Virus record (IMG/VR): IMGVR_UViG_3300050343_000212
Length of the DNA stretch: 64,000 bases
Origin: a virus
Direction: 5' to 3' (one strand)
The first letter of the stretch is position 1, and every line of letters starts with the position of its first letter. A program made the translations under genes and the position numbers. The notes beneath the pieces are model-generated. The model did not search any database, was not told the origin of the DNA, and worked only from the letters and a program-made list of their open reading frames with translations. Positions 1-10,800 of this stretch are shown here, piece by piece.

Positions 1-1669
1 CCCTTGAGTCAGCAACTACAGGACTATAACCTCCTTCACTAGTAGCACTGGATTGATCATAAACAGCAGAAATGATATCACTACCAGGACCCCAGATATC
101 TACTCTTGATCCCCAATTGCTAAAGTTGGATTTATATTCAGCAACTTTTGAACCAATTGATCCAACACAGATAACACCATCAGCAGATCCTGGTGATGAA
201 CCTCGTGAATGGTATGTTGTAGTGCTACCGTTAAGATAAGTATTGTTATAATCAGCATCACCTGAAACAGAACAATTCCAATAACTATTTCCAGCAGATG
301 AAATGACAATTACACCGTCATCAATAGCATCTTGAATATCAGCATCTACTGCTGTCACTCTCAATGGAACCCTATACAAGTAACTACTAGCTGGAACAGG
401 AATACCATTACTTTCTAATATTGCTTTTTTCTCAGAAGTAGTTCCACTAACAGAAGTAGTTGTCCCCCTATAAGTTACTGATGTAATATTCGAAAGGTAA
501 GCACTATAAGTTCCTCGACTATAACCCCAACTATGATTAGTGATTGTGGGATTTCTTCTGCCAGTTTCTGGGTTAATTGGTTTATTTTTATGAAAATGTC
601 TCAAATAATCCCACAACTTTTCAGCCCAATCACTTGTTCCTGATAACGTGGAAGAGAAAGCCATATTGTAAATATTAGCATCTCTTGCCCATCCTTGTGT
701 ATTGCCAGCAACAGTTCCTGCTACATGAGATCCATGATTAGTATTTGGTGAAGATCCACTAGAACTGTAAGAATAAGTACCGTTAGATCCATATCCTAAT
801 ACTGAATTGTATTGATACCAATTGAACTGGTTAACTCTACTTCCACCAGTTCCATCAGGGTTAACAGCGAATTCTACATGATTTGGGTTGACGTGTCCAT
901 CGACAATTACAACATCTACATTTTTTCCCGATACATCTGTTACTATAGATTTATTTGTTATTCCAGATGTTGAATCACTACCCCAATTGCTTGTCTGAGC
1001 ATTTACAGTAATTGTTCCGATCATACCAGAGTGAGCTCCACACTGATAATAATAGGTACCAGCAACATTGGGTGTCCAAGAAACGGTGCCACTTTGGGTT
1101 CCTTGATTTGTTGCTGCAGGATTGTTTACATTTGATCCCCCATTTGATACACGTATATAAAATGGATGACCACTTGCATTAACCACAAAATTAATAGTGT
1201 CACCAACACTGAGAGTAACAGATACATTATCACCACTTACAGATCCATTTCTATCAGAACCACTTAAAGTATAAGCAGATGCTCCAGAGTTTGATACGTT
1301 AATACCATATGTCAATACAGAAGGGTATGATGTGTCACCTTTAATTACTCTATAAAGTCCCCAATTTTTATCATCACCAGCAAATGTTGATGTTGTTTTG
1401 TTAAAATCTCCAGTCTGTTCCCATAGATATTCAGGTACAATTCCTCTATCCTCTGCTGGACGTTCACAAGCAAGCACTCTAGGGTCTTTCCTAACCTCTA
1501 CTGCTTCCTCTTCAGACAATGTGTAGTGGGTGTTACGACTTATCTCCCTTCTACTGACAAGATCAACTGCCCTGTCAGGAATATAAAGGGATCCTCCAGG
1601 AGTTTCTAGATCATCATATAAACTAACCAGGTCTTCTCTGTTTTTACAAGTTACTATGTATTCGTTCAT
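1..1669 (-). CDS. Subtilisin-like S8 serine protease with inserted cupredoxin-like domain (partial, runs off window start)
   Basis: Manual translation from ATG at 1669 (TAATG overlap with upstream stop) is open to position 1: MNEYIVTCKNREDL... Contains VDVVIVDG (catalytic Asp ~900), HGSHVAGT (His ~735) and SSAGNS (oxyanion Asn ~289). Absent from the ORF track because it has no stop in the window. Confidence 0.85.
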   Translation of the reverse strand, partial: MNEYIVTCKNREDLVSLYDDLETPGGSLYIPDRAVDLVSRREISRNTHYTLSEEEAVEVRKDPRVLACERPAEDRGIVPEYLWEQTGDFNKTTSTFAGDDKNWGLYRVIKGDTSYPSVLTYGINVSNSGASAYTLSGSDRNGSVSGDNVSVTLSVGDTINFVVNASGHPFYIRVSNGGSNVNNPAATNQGTQSGTVSWTPNVAGTYYYQCGAHSGMIGTITVNAQTSNWGSDSTSGITNKSIVTDVSGKNVDVVIVDGHVNPNHVEFAVNPDGTGGSRVNQFNWYQYNSVLGYGSNGTYSYSSSGSSPNTNHGSHVAGTVAGNTQGWARDANIYNMAFSSTLSGTSDWAEKLWDYLRHFHKNKPINPETGRRNPTITNHSWGYSRGTYSAYLSNITSVTYRGTTTSVSGTTSEKKAILESNGIPVPASSYLYRVPLRVTAVDADIQDAIDDGVIVISSAGNSYWNCSVSGDADYNNTYLNGSTTTYHSRGSSPGSADGVICVGSIGSKVAEYKSNFSNWGSRVDIWGPGSDIISAVYDQSSATSEGGYSPVVADSR

Positions 1670-3042
1670 TAGTCTTCCAACTTAACTACAGTTAAATCAA
1701 CAGTAATTGCTGATGATGAGGTTTCATTATTTGTTACTGATAAGTAAATTGTACTTCCAGGGGTGCTATCGTTATTCCACCCAACAATACCAGGAGTCAT
1801 TATAAAATTATTTGATCCACTAGATACTGAACGAGCTTCAGCAATTAAACCTGACCCTGGAAGTGGATCTTCTAGGTAAGATCTGTTAGCATCTGAAGTT
1901 CTGGATGTATCGTCAACATATAACCTCACCCAAGAAGCAGCACTGGTGCCAATTTTAAGAAGTCCATAGGATTTAAATCCAGTTATATTTAAATTAGTCG
2001 TTGCCCCAACTGATACAGATCCTGTAGTTGCTGTTACTACAGATCTTGAACTAAGTCCACCACCACCACCAACACCAGTAAGATTAGATCCATCACCATA
2101 ATAGACCGCAGCAGATCCAGTGCTTGAACCAAATGATTGACCAGAACCAACTGTAATATTACTACTTACATTTAAATTACCATTAATGTCTACACCATTT
2201 GAAGTAGTTGTAAGTCGTGTAACTTCTGCAGCCTGACCAGTAGCATAGTATAACGAGAGTCCACCTGTAGTTACAGTACTAGTGTTTGTTTTTAATAAAA
2301 TAGATCCTTGATAACTCGTGATTCTGACATCACCAGCAGCGCGCTGAACAATTGAACCACCAGTAAATGTATTCTGGAATGTTACATCTTGTGATCCACT
2401 AGGCGAAATACTAAAGGATCTACCTTCGAGTGTTATTGAATCGCTTTTCGACTCTCCTGTGATTTTTACACCACTAGTAGTGGTTTCAAGTTTTTCTGAT
2501 CCTTGACCATATAGTGTAGTATATTGAGAAGCACCTGTACCACCAGCAAGAATTGCAGAAGTAATACCAAGATTTACTGAAAATGCACTTCCATTCGTTC
2601 GTAAATCAAGACTATTTGAAGATCTGATTGTATTACCTACACCAGCAGCACCAGTTTCAACCTGAAGAGTCGCTGGAGTATTTGAACTTGGATTGATGAA
2701 AAAAGCGTTTTGGAAAGTAGAAATACCAGACACATTCAGTCCACCACCAAAAGTAAGATTAGTATTAGTGGTAGCACCTCTACCAGTTACAGATGAGAGA
2801 GTGTCTGATTCTGATGTTAGATAACTAGAAAGATCTGGTGGTGTATAAGAGAAGGCACCGCTTGAGTTGTCATAAGAAAGTGCTGCAGTCCCTACAGCAC
2901 TTTGTGTTACAGATAGATTTGTAAGTCCGATACCAGAACTAGGAGGAAGAGATGCCCATGAAGATCCATTCCACTCCCAAGTAATGTTTGATGCAGTGTA
3001 TTGTTGTCCAACTGTAGGATTGGATGGAAATGAAATAGCCAT
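1669..3042 (-). CDS. Tail fibre-like structural protein
   Basis: MAISFPSNPTVGQQYT N-terminus, YYGDGSNLTGV fibre motif, Gly/Ser/Thr-rich; C-terminal ~95 aa paralogous to that of 5736..7847. Confidence 0.7.
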   Translation of the reverse strand: MAISFPSNPTVGQQYTASNITWEWNGSSWASLPPSSGIGLTNLSVTQSAVGTAALSYDNSSGAFSYTPPDLSSYLTSESDTLSSVTGRGATTNTNLTFGGGLNVSGISTFQNAFFINPSSNTPATLQVETGAAGVGNTIRSSNSLDLRTNGSAFSVNLGITSAILAGGTGASQYTTLYGQGSEKLETTTSGVKITGESKSDSITLEGRSFSISPSGSQDVTFQNTFTGGSIVQRAAGDVRITSYQGSILLKTNTSTVTTGGLSLYYATGQAAEVTRLTTTSNGVDINGNLNVSSNITVGSGQSFGSSTGSAAVYYGDGSNLTGVGGGGGLSSRSVVTATTGSVSVGATTNLNITGFKSYGLLKIGTSAASWVRLYVDDTSRTSDANRSYLEDPLPGSGLIAEARSVSSGSNNFIMTPGIVGWNNDSTPGSTIYLSVTNNETSSSAITVDLTVVKLED

Positions 3043-3065
3043 ATTGATAGTCTAACCCTTATAGA

Positions 3066-3332
3066 TTATTTATTATAGTAACCGCGTGGATATTGTAACC
3101 CTTTATGTGGTCTTCTACCTAGTAAGAAACCACGTTTAGTGGAATGATCTCCGGTAGCACCATTAGATAAATGACTAATTAAATAATTTGATGGGTTTGT
3201 TACTGTACTTTGAGATCTGGAAGTTCCTGAATATGTTGGTGATATAAAACCAGTATTTGTATTTGCAATTAATTCTGTAGTTAAAGATACAGATACCGAA
3301 CTAGTTAGATTTGAAAAAGTAAAATTTGCCAT
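3066..3332 (-). CDS. Small hypothetical (virion-associated) protein
   Basis: 88 aa ORF, translationally coupled to 3332..5731. Confidence 0.6.
   Translation of the reverse strand: MANFTFSNLTSSVSVSLTTELIANTNTGFISPTYSGTSRSQSTVTNPSNYLISHLSNGATGDHSTKRGFLLGRRPHKGLQYPRGYYNK
3067..3073 (-). promoter_or_regulatory. T4-type late promoter
   Basis: ATAAATA overlapping stop of 3066..3332, upstream of 3042. Confidence 0.6.
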
Positions 3333-5731
3333 CAGGTAGTCCTCGCTAGGAATAGCATACCTTCACTAGAATTATTAGACACTCCATCTAAACCAGTTTG
3401 TTGTGATTGATATGATGCTTGGATAATCTCATAAATTTCAGATCCACTTATTGTAACTGTATCACCTGGTCTAAATTCTGTTAGTCCTGGAGTTGTTGCT
3501 ACTTGTAGTAATACGAAATCATCTGGTATATAATAAGGGCAAGGAATCATTTTATTTGAAATTGGAATAGTTTTGATAGGCTTGTAGTAATCTGCAGAAG
3601 AACTAACTGGCATATCGTGATACTTATCATATGTACTATTTCTATAATACACAACAACCTCATTTTGATCCGCGTCTTTGATATTATTTTTGTAATCATC
3701 ATATGATCGATGAGGAGAATCCTTGCCGTATTGATACCCTCTCAAATATCCATAATAAGCAGTTCTTGCCTGGGTATACCTGTCTACAGGTTCACCCACT
3801 GGATTAAAATACTGAGAATAACCACTGGCATATCCAGGCATGTATGTTTCTATTCTCAATCCTTGCGTAATATTAGTTTTATATTCAGTAATTCCTGCTA
3901 AAAATACATCATCTAAATCAAATACACCATTACCATATCCATCACCTAGATGAAAATTAAATGCCGCAAAAGGTTCAATTTTTTCATTGATTGTTTGAGT
4001 AAATTGAATAACTGCAAAATTTGGATCTTGAGGTGCTTGAGCTCTAAATGTTCTAATCTGCATTGGATATGCAGTTGGAGTTGAAGATGTACTTAAAACG
4101 TAACTATAATTAGTCGAAACTAGACCATTAAGATCCTGTCTATCTAATCCCATATAACCAGTAAATTCTCCCCATTCGATGTTGTTTGTTTCGATGGTTG
4201 AAGATGTTCCTCTGTGGTTTAAAAACTCCCATCCGTTACCACATTGAACTTTTAACTCCCATTGGGTGCTGGCAGTACCCTCTAGGTATAACGAGTAAAA
4301 TGTATTTGAATATTTTTTAGTGGAGTTGTTTTCTACATTGAGAACAGCAAAAGAACCTGTATCAGCTTTTTGATAGAGATTAGATCCACCACCCAATGTA
4401 GTTACCTTAATACCAGCAGTACCATCATATGCATTGGTAGATGTTTCTGGTGTTGGGACACCAAATCTAATATCACCAGTCGTGGCAGTACCACCAACTA
4501 GTTCTCCTGGAATTGTAAATACATCATTATCAGACCATCCAGTTCCAATACTATGGATGGTGATATTTCTTAAATGACCACTACTATATCCATATCTTTC
4601 AACTCTCAACTTAAGTTCTGATCTTCCACCAGAAGCAGGTACAGTATATTTCCAGTATGGATAATTGTTTATTTGAGATGCATAACTTTGTGTTACATTA
4701 CCGGGAATAAGATTGATTACCCCTTTTGCATTTGCATTAGTTTCACTACAATAAATATATTTTACTGTACCATCTCCTCCAGGAATATCTGTAAGCGATG
4801 GATTGGTTATTGATGTAGGATAAAGAGGTTCTGATTCTGATTGTGGATATGATTGAGTGTCCCATGTTAAATTAGTACCAGGAGCACAACTAATATTAGT
4901 AGTATTAGATCTGTAAGATATGGTATTGGTGGTAGATGTGTCTCTAGCTCCCTTAAGATGGGACTTGGGAGTAAATCCATATGTAGAATCATTATAAACA
5001 ATTCTTTGATTAGTATTAAATGAATCTACATCTCGACACAGAGTAAAATTGGTTGCATTTCCTGCATCATTTTGAAATTCAATGTGATCACCTGTGTAAA
5101 GATTAATGTTAGCATTGACGTAATCAGTGCCTTGATCTTCTTGAGTGAAGCATTCAAATGTACCAGTGTATGTTGTATAACCATCAATATCAATCTTGAC
5201 TCCATTGTTAGCATTTGATAATGTTGTGGCTAAACTAAATCTATCTTTGTTTACTTTAATAATATAATATATCGTATTTTTAGTAATAGTCGTACCTAGA
5301 TCATATGATGCATCTGTTTGTCCTTTTGCATAACGTACAGCATCGCCCGTTGAAAATCCATGACGATCCGATCTGATCTCATCATTGGTTGTATCAACAA
5401 AAGTAGTGTTGTATAGATACTCTTCAACGTAGTGTTGAACGCGATAATTATTACCAGAAGCATCCGTTACACGATATTTTTGTATTTTATATGCACCCCA
5501 GTTAATCACTCCGGTATCGCCACCATTAGCCTGTTTAAGAGAACTTAATGACCCACCTATCTGGGTGGTGCCGCCCTGTGGAGACATAACAACTTGAGGA
5601 ACTCCAGTTACAGATGATCCTGCATTCATTCCTAAATTACTCAATGCAGTTTCAAAGGCATCCATTAAATTTTGTTTTGTCCATCCAGAATTGCCATTGT
5701 TTACATCAATAACTGATTTTAAAACTGACAT
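3332..5731 (-). CDS. Structural/tail-associated protein
   Basis: 799 aa; contains the HGFSTGDAVRY...YYIIKVNKDRFSLA module also repeated in the giant baseplate protein; structural operon context. Confidence 0.65.
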   Translation of the reverse strand: MSVLKSVIDVNNGNSGWTKQNLMDAFETALSNLGMNAGSSVTGVPQVVMSPQGGTTQIGGSLSSLKQANGGDTGVINWGAYKIQKYRVTDASGNNYRVQHYVEEYLYNTTFVDTTNDEIRSDRHGFSTGDAVRYAKGQTDASYDLGTTITKNTIYYIIKVNKDRFSLATTLSNANNGVKIDIDGYTTYTGTFECFTQEDQGTDYVNANINLYTGDHIEFQNDAGNATNFTLCRDVDSFNTNQRIVYNDSTYGFTPKSHLKGARDTSTTNTISYRSNTTNISCAPGTNLTWDTQSYPQSESEPLYPTSITNPSLTDIPGGDGTVKYIYCSETNANAKGVINLIPGNVTQSYASQINNYPYWKYTVPASGGRSELKLRVERYGYSSGHLRNITIHSIGTGWSDNDVFTIPGELVGGTATTGDIRFGVPTPETSTNAYDGTAGIKVTTLGGGSNLYQKADTGSFAVLNVENNSTKKYSNTFYSLYLEGTASTQWELKVQCGNGWEFLNHRGTSSTIETNNIEWGEFTGYMGLDRQDLNGLVSTNYSYVLSTSSTPTAYPMQIRTFRAQAPQDPNFAVIQFTQTINEKIEPFAAFNFHLGDGYGNGVFDLDDVFLAGITEYKTNITQGLRIETYMPGYASGYSQYFNPVGEPVDRYTQARTAYYGYLRGYQYGKDSPHRSYDDYKNNIKDADQNEVVVYYRNSTYDKYHDMPVSSSADYYKPIKTIPISNKMIPCPYYIPDDFVLLQVATTPGLTEFRPGDTVTISGSEIYEIIQASYQSQQTGLDGVSNNSSEGMLFLARTT

Positions 5732-5735
5732 TTAA

Positions 5736-7847
5736 TTATTCTCCGATCTGTAGTGCTGTTAGTGTTACGGTAACTGTGGATGTTGACCCACTTCTATTTG
5801 TTACTGAAAGATAAATTGTAGTTGTTCTAGGACTATCATTATTGAATCCCATAATACCAGGAGTAATTAATATAGATTCTGCTGTAGTAGTTCTTACTTC
5901 AGCAATAACACCACTACCAGGAGAAGGATCTGCTCCTTCACTTCTAGTTTGATCGGCATCTCTGGAAGTATCATCGGTGTATACTCTGACCCATGCCGCT
6001 GCGTCAGTTTCAATCTTAAATAATGAATACGCTTTATACCCTGTAATATTTAGTTCTGCGGTTGCGTCATCAGCGAGTGATGATGTAGTACCTGTAAGAT
6101 CTTGAATCTGTGGTACACTAGAGCCTCCTGTAGCAGTAAGAACACCATTACCATCAATAGATAACCCAGAACCAATTTTAATGCCACCCAGAGTTCCTGA
6201 TGATGCAATTGGTAGTGAATATCCACCGGGAGCAGCAGTGATATTACCATTAGCATCTAGTGTGATTGTAGTACCATCAGGAATTACACCACCAAGTGTA
6301 GATGTTGTAGCAGCAGGTAATGTATATGCAGATGGAATAGATGGTTTGTTTAGGATTTGTGCTAATCCAGTAGTAGCATTCCAATCTGAGTTAACTGGAT
6401 TAGTACTATTAATTGTAACTCTTTTATTAGAACCATCCCAACTAATATCAGTTCCGTTGCTTCCTGTAAATTCAATAGTATCATCATTATTTGAAGCATC
6501 ACGCAATGTAAGAATTGCATTGTTACTAGTTGTGTTTGAACCAAGTAAATCGTATGTAGTGCCTCCACCACCACCGCCACCACCAGTTACTACAGCGTCA
6601 ATACTGTTATTGCTGTCATTATATGTAAAATTAATGCCTGTATGAGTTCCATTAGCGAATAGTTGAGCCGTGGCATCTTGTGAATCTTCACCTGTAAAAG
6701 ATCCTCCTCCACCACCAGAAGGTGCTCTAAATGTGAGAGTATTGTCATCGGTATATTCTACCGTAAGACCATCTGCACCAGCAAACGTAATCTCATCAGT
6801 AGTTCCAGCATTATCAGTTAATACTAATTTTGAATTTGCATTTCCACTAGTACTCCCTGCAGAAATTGTATATGTAGAGTTTGCAATGTTCGCAGTCAAA
6901 TCAAATTGAATCTCATCACCAGAATCACTAATTGCTAGTCCATTTCCTGCAACTAAAACAATTTGATCTGTAGTGCCGCCAGAATCTTCAAGTCTAATTA
7001 TTTTTCTTGCATTATTCTCTGACGAAGTCCCTGCAGTGTAATCAAGAGCATTAATATTATAAGTAAGTTGACTATTACCTAAAAGTGTTGCAAAATCTGA
7101 AGACGTGGTACTATTTGTAGTTACCAATCTTTGACTGGTCCAACTTACTCCATTGGAGTAATACATTACTCCAGTATCATCTGCATATGCAAATTTACTT
7201 TTTGAATTTGATACTATTGGGAATGACGATACATCAGTATACAAAATTGATGAACCAGAACCAACTCCACCAGCGACAGTAATTGTTTTAGTTGATCCAT
7301 TTCCTGATGCAACTACACCATCACCAACAAAATTTAGTGAAGTTGCATTTGTAGGTAATGAAACACCTTCATCTCGAATATCGATTCCAGAAATACCTCC
7401 ACCTCCACCTCCAGAGGTTCCACCAGCAGGGTTAGAATCTACCCAGACATTGGAGTAATAAACCTTCAACCTACCAGCATCACTCTCCCACCATAGATCA
7501 CCTGAGTTGGGACTTGATGGTGGATTATCAGAAATTGTTACATTAGCACCAGATGCTTGTCCAGTAATGGTTACATTACCAGTTGAACCACTCAATGATA
7601 TATTGTCGCCAGCAGTTAGAGAAGTAACAACACCAGAAACGGATATGGTTGCATTATCAGCTGAACCACTCAATGATATATTGTCGCCAGCAGTTAAAGA
7701 AGTAACAACACCAGAAAGGGTTGTTCCATCTCCAAGAAGATTATACAACTCATCAAAGTTGCTATTGATTTTAGTTGCTCCTGAGAGCAAACTATCCCCA
7801 GTACCATCATTAGGAGTTGTTCCTGTAGATATTCCTAGTCTAGACAT
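5736..7847 (-). CDS. Baseplate-attached fibre protein with T4 gp9/gp10-like N-terminal domain
   Basis: N-terminus GTTPNDGTGDSLLSGATKINSNFDELY matches the gp9/gp10 N-terminal motif; tandem SGVVTSLTAGDNISLSGS repeat; YTLPAAT..TLGG(V/I) fibre repeats. Confidence 0.7.
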   Translation of the reverse strand: MSRLGISTGTTPNDGTGDSLLSGATKINSNFDELYNLLGDGTTLSGVVTSLTAGDNISLSGSADNATISVSGVVTSLTAGDNISLSGSTGNVTITGQASGANVTISDNPPSSPNSGDLWWESDAGRLKVYYSNVWVDSNPAGGTSGGGGGGISGIDIRDEGVSLPTNATSLNFVGDGVVASGNGSTKTITVAGGVGSGSSILYTDVSSFPIVSNSKSKFAYADDTGVMYYSNGVSWTSQRLVTTNSTTSSDFATLLGNSQLTYNINALDYTAGTSSENNARKIIRLEDSGGTTDQIVLVAGNGLAISDSGDEIQFDLTANIANSTYTISAGSTSGNANSKLVLTDNAGTTDEITFAGADGLTVEYTDDNTLTFRAPSGGGGGSFTGEDSQDATAQLFANGTHTGINFTYNDSNNSIDAVVTGGGGGGGGTTYDLLGSNTTSNNAILTLRDASNNDDTIEFTGSNGTDISWDGSNKRVTINSTNPVNSDWNATTGLAQILNKPSIPSAYTLPAATTSTLGGVIPDGTTITLDANGNITAAPGGYSLPIASSGTLGGIKIGSGLSIDGNGVLTATGGSSVPQIQDLTGTTSSLADDATAELNITGYKAYSLFKIETDAAAWVRVYTDDTSRDADQTRSEGADPSPGSGVIAEVRTTTAESILITPGIMGFNNDSPRTTTIYLSVTNRSGSTSTVTVTLTALQIGE

Positions 7848-7868
7848 TTTTCTTTGATTACCTTTTTA

Positions 7869-7875
7869 TATTTAG
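7869..7875 (-). promoter_or_regulatory. T4-type late promoter
   Basis: CTAAATA upstream of 7847. Confidence 0.6.
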
Positions 7876-10800
7876 ATGTAATTGACAAATTTCAATGGAT
7901 TAGTTCTTTGAACGAGACCAGCTGACGAAATACCAACATAACCATTATTATTATAAGAATTAAACTCCCTACTTGATATTCTAGGTTCAAAATTAATTTT
8001 ACCCCAGCTAAACTTACCAAAACTAAAGGAAGATGAAATACCACCAGTGAACACTTCAACCTCCTGCGTATCATATGTAAAGAGTGTTGAATCAAATGTT
8101 AGGAAAGTGGATGAGAATGAAGCTGTACTTAGACCAGAGATGTTGCAGAATACTCTCCTCACTACTGTGTTACCAATACCAATGACATTAGTTGTTAATG
8201 TTTGAGCATCTTTGACACACCAGATACCATCAATGTTAATGGTTGTAATGCCAACAATTGTTGTGTTATCATTAGACATTGAAACAAATGTATCATCTCC
8301 AATGTTACTATTGTATATGGTGAAGAAGTCACCAGTTGAGATTCCACTGACTGTGATAGCCGTACCAACATATTTTGTATCTCTCAAGAATGATTGTGAA
8401 TCGATGAAAAAGTCAAAAATCACTCTAGTATCATTACCAACAGTTGTGGTACCAAAACCAACAAGGGTTCCATAATCACCCTCATAAGAAGAAACATTTA
8501 TCTTCTCTTGAATGAGTTTTGGTTGTTCAAAGAGAACAACTGGAACATCAGAGTATCCACTACCACCATCGGTAATAGTAACTGATGTTACTTGACCACC
8601 TGAAATGGCAGCCGTTGCTGTCGATTCAGAAACACCACTATAAGAACCAATAGTCACCGAAGGTGCTACAGTATAACCAACACCAGAGTTAGTTATTGAA
8701 ATACTGGTAATTATACCAGATGTAGATACAATAGCTGTTCCAGAAGCCCCCACAATATTATCTTGTGAAGTGAGTGTAATTTCTCTCTGGAAACTTCTAA
8801 TTTGACTTTCATTATTTGAATCAAACAGAGGTCTGACATTATCAACATAGGCTTCTGTAGAACCTAAACCAACTGGTTGAATTAAGTAAGAAGTTGGTTG
8901 AACAAATGGTTCATACTTAACCCTATTCTTACCAATAGGTTGACCATTAATAATCTTGTCCGAAGTCTGTTTACACCATGTTACTGGTCTAAGAACACTT
9001 CTATCACTAGTAATACCAGGATTTAGATAGGTGACCGTCTGAACAGAATCTAGAGTATTGATACCAGTTACTGTTCTTGGTTCCTGGTCAAAGATGATTG
9101 TTTGATCAGGTGGGAAATTGTTAATATCAAGAGTGTCACCTACTTTCACCGTCTCAAGTACATTAGTAAAGATAACATCAACGTCTCCACTACCTTTATA
9201 GAACAAAACTTTAGAAGTATCACCAACCTTGGGTGATTCTGCAAACTTAATAGTTGATCCACCGTTAAAGATATAAGATTTACCGGGTTCCTGAAGAATA
9301 TCATTGAGGAAAATCAAAAGTGTCTGGTCAACTTCAATGTTTGAACCTTTAGCCGATTGAATGGAAACAGGTTCTCCATCAATAAGAAGTCTAAAGTCCT
9401 TATCTGAGCCGTTAAATAGGTTATCAAACTTATCAAGAACTTGAAGTTGTCCAATAGATATTCCATTAAACTTATCAGTAAAGACCTCATCGATAGTAAT
9501 TTGGAATTCTTCAAATGCAAGTGATGGATCTGTGGGGATACCTGTAGGTCCACCAACTGGTACAGTAAGAACTTCACCCTCGCCATAACCATATCCACCA
9601 TATCTAAATTCAAAGTCAATAACACTAGACCCTTGACCAACAACAATATTAACTGTTGCACTATTTCCAGCTCCAGCATTACCACTGTACTCTACAGGAA
9701 TATTGGAGTACGAAAGTGGTTCGTCAAACACTACAGATGGTGGGTTAGTAGAAGTGTAACCACTACCAGGATTTGTAATATTAACACTAACAATATTGCC
9801 ACCACTAATAGCTGCTGTTCCGATAAACTGAAGATTTGGTTCTCCGTCAGTTTGAACACCAACATTAACTACCGTTTGGATACCAGCTCTGTAACCAGAA
9901 CCACTATTGGCGATACTAACGTTAGTGATTGAACCAGTTGCAGAAACTGTAACTGTTCCACCAGCTGATACGAGAGGTTGATAACCAAATCCAGATTCAG
10001 ACCCAACAGAGATGATTAATCCACCAATAGGGACATCACCAGAGTTTGGATCATAACCATTTGTTGCGGCAATACCTACACCAGTGAATGAAATAGAGGT
10101 AACACCTACACTCTCTTCCATTTGATACGTTCCATCACCAACTTGTGATCCTTTTGGAACCTGGAAGATATTATTCAGAAGGATAATACCGTTATCAGTA
10201 GAATATCCAGTAGTATTGTTACCATTATTTTGAAGAGTGAATACTGTACCAATACCATTAAACTTATTTGAGATATCATCAAAGACATAGTTATTTGAGT
10301 AGGTATCTTCAGTTCTACCAGCACCAGATCTTCTCATGAAAGTTCTGCCCTGGAAACTAGAGCTAGTAGTGATACCAGTCCAATCTCTAGAGTCTGGATC
10401 AGCTGTAGCCGTTGTACTCAGTGGTGTTTTACCATATGGAGATGAAGAGAAGTTGACAGTACTACCAGTGATATTGTAACTACCAGTGATCTTGGTAATT
10501 GTTGCTCCCGTTGTGTGAAGACCAATTCCAGTACCGAGTTGTGCTCTTCTAACACCAAATCTAGTTGAACCAGCAATACCAACAGCATCTGCAATCATAT
10601 ATTCGTCATCGACTCTAACAATATCACCACTTGCAAACGATGTGATACCAGTAACATCGAAGATCGTATCAAAGATTATATCCTGATTCAAATCCGTTGT
10701 AATAGATGTCTCTGTAATAGGTGATTGAATCATGTTGTCAACAGCAATCAAAGCTTTAGCATTTTGATTGGTAGATGTAAAGACATGTGAATTCCCAATA

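Noticed and set aside
100-309. 69-aa minus-strand ORF
   Set aside because: Out-of-frame overlap with the long open subtilisin frame 1..1669
6181-7857. Plus-strand ORFs in the track (e.g. 6181..6645, 7507..7857, 55713..56111) and most short overlapping minus-strand ORFs
   Set aside because: Antisense or alternate-frame shadows of Gly/Thr/Ser-rich genes; no RBS or promoter support
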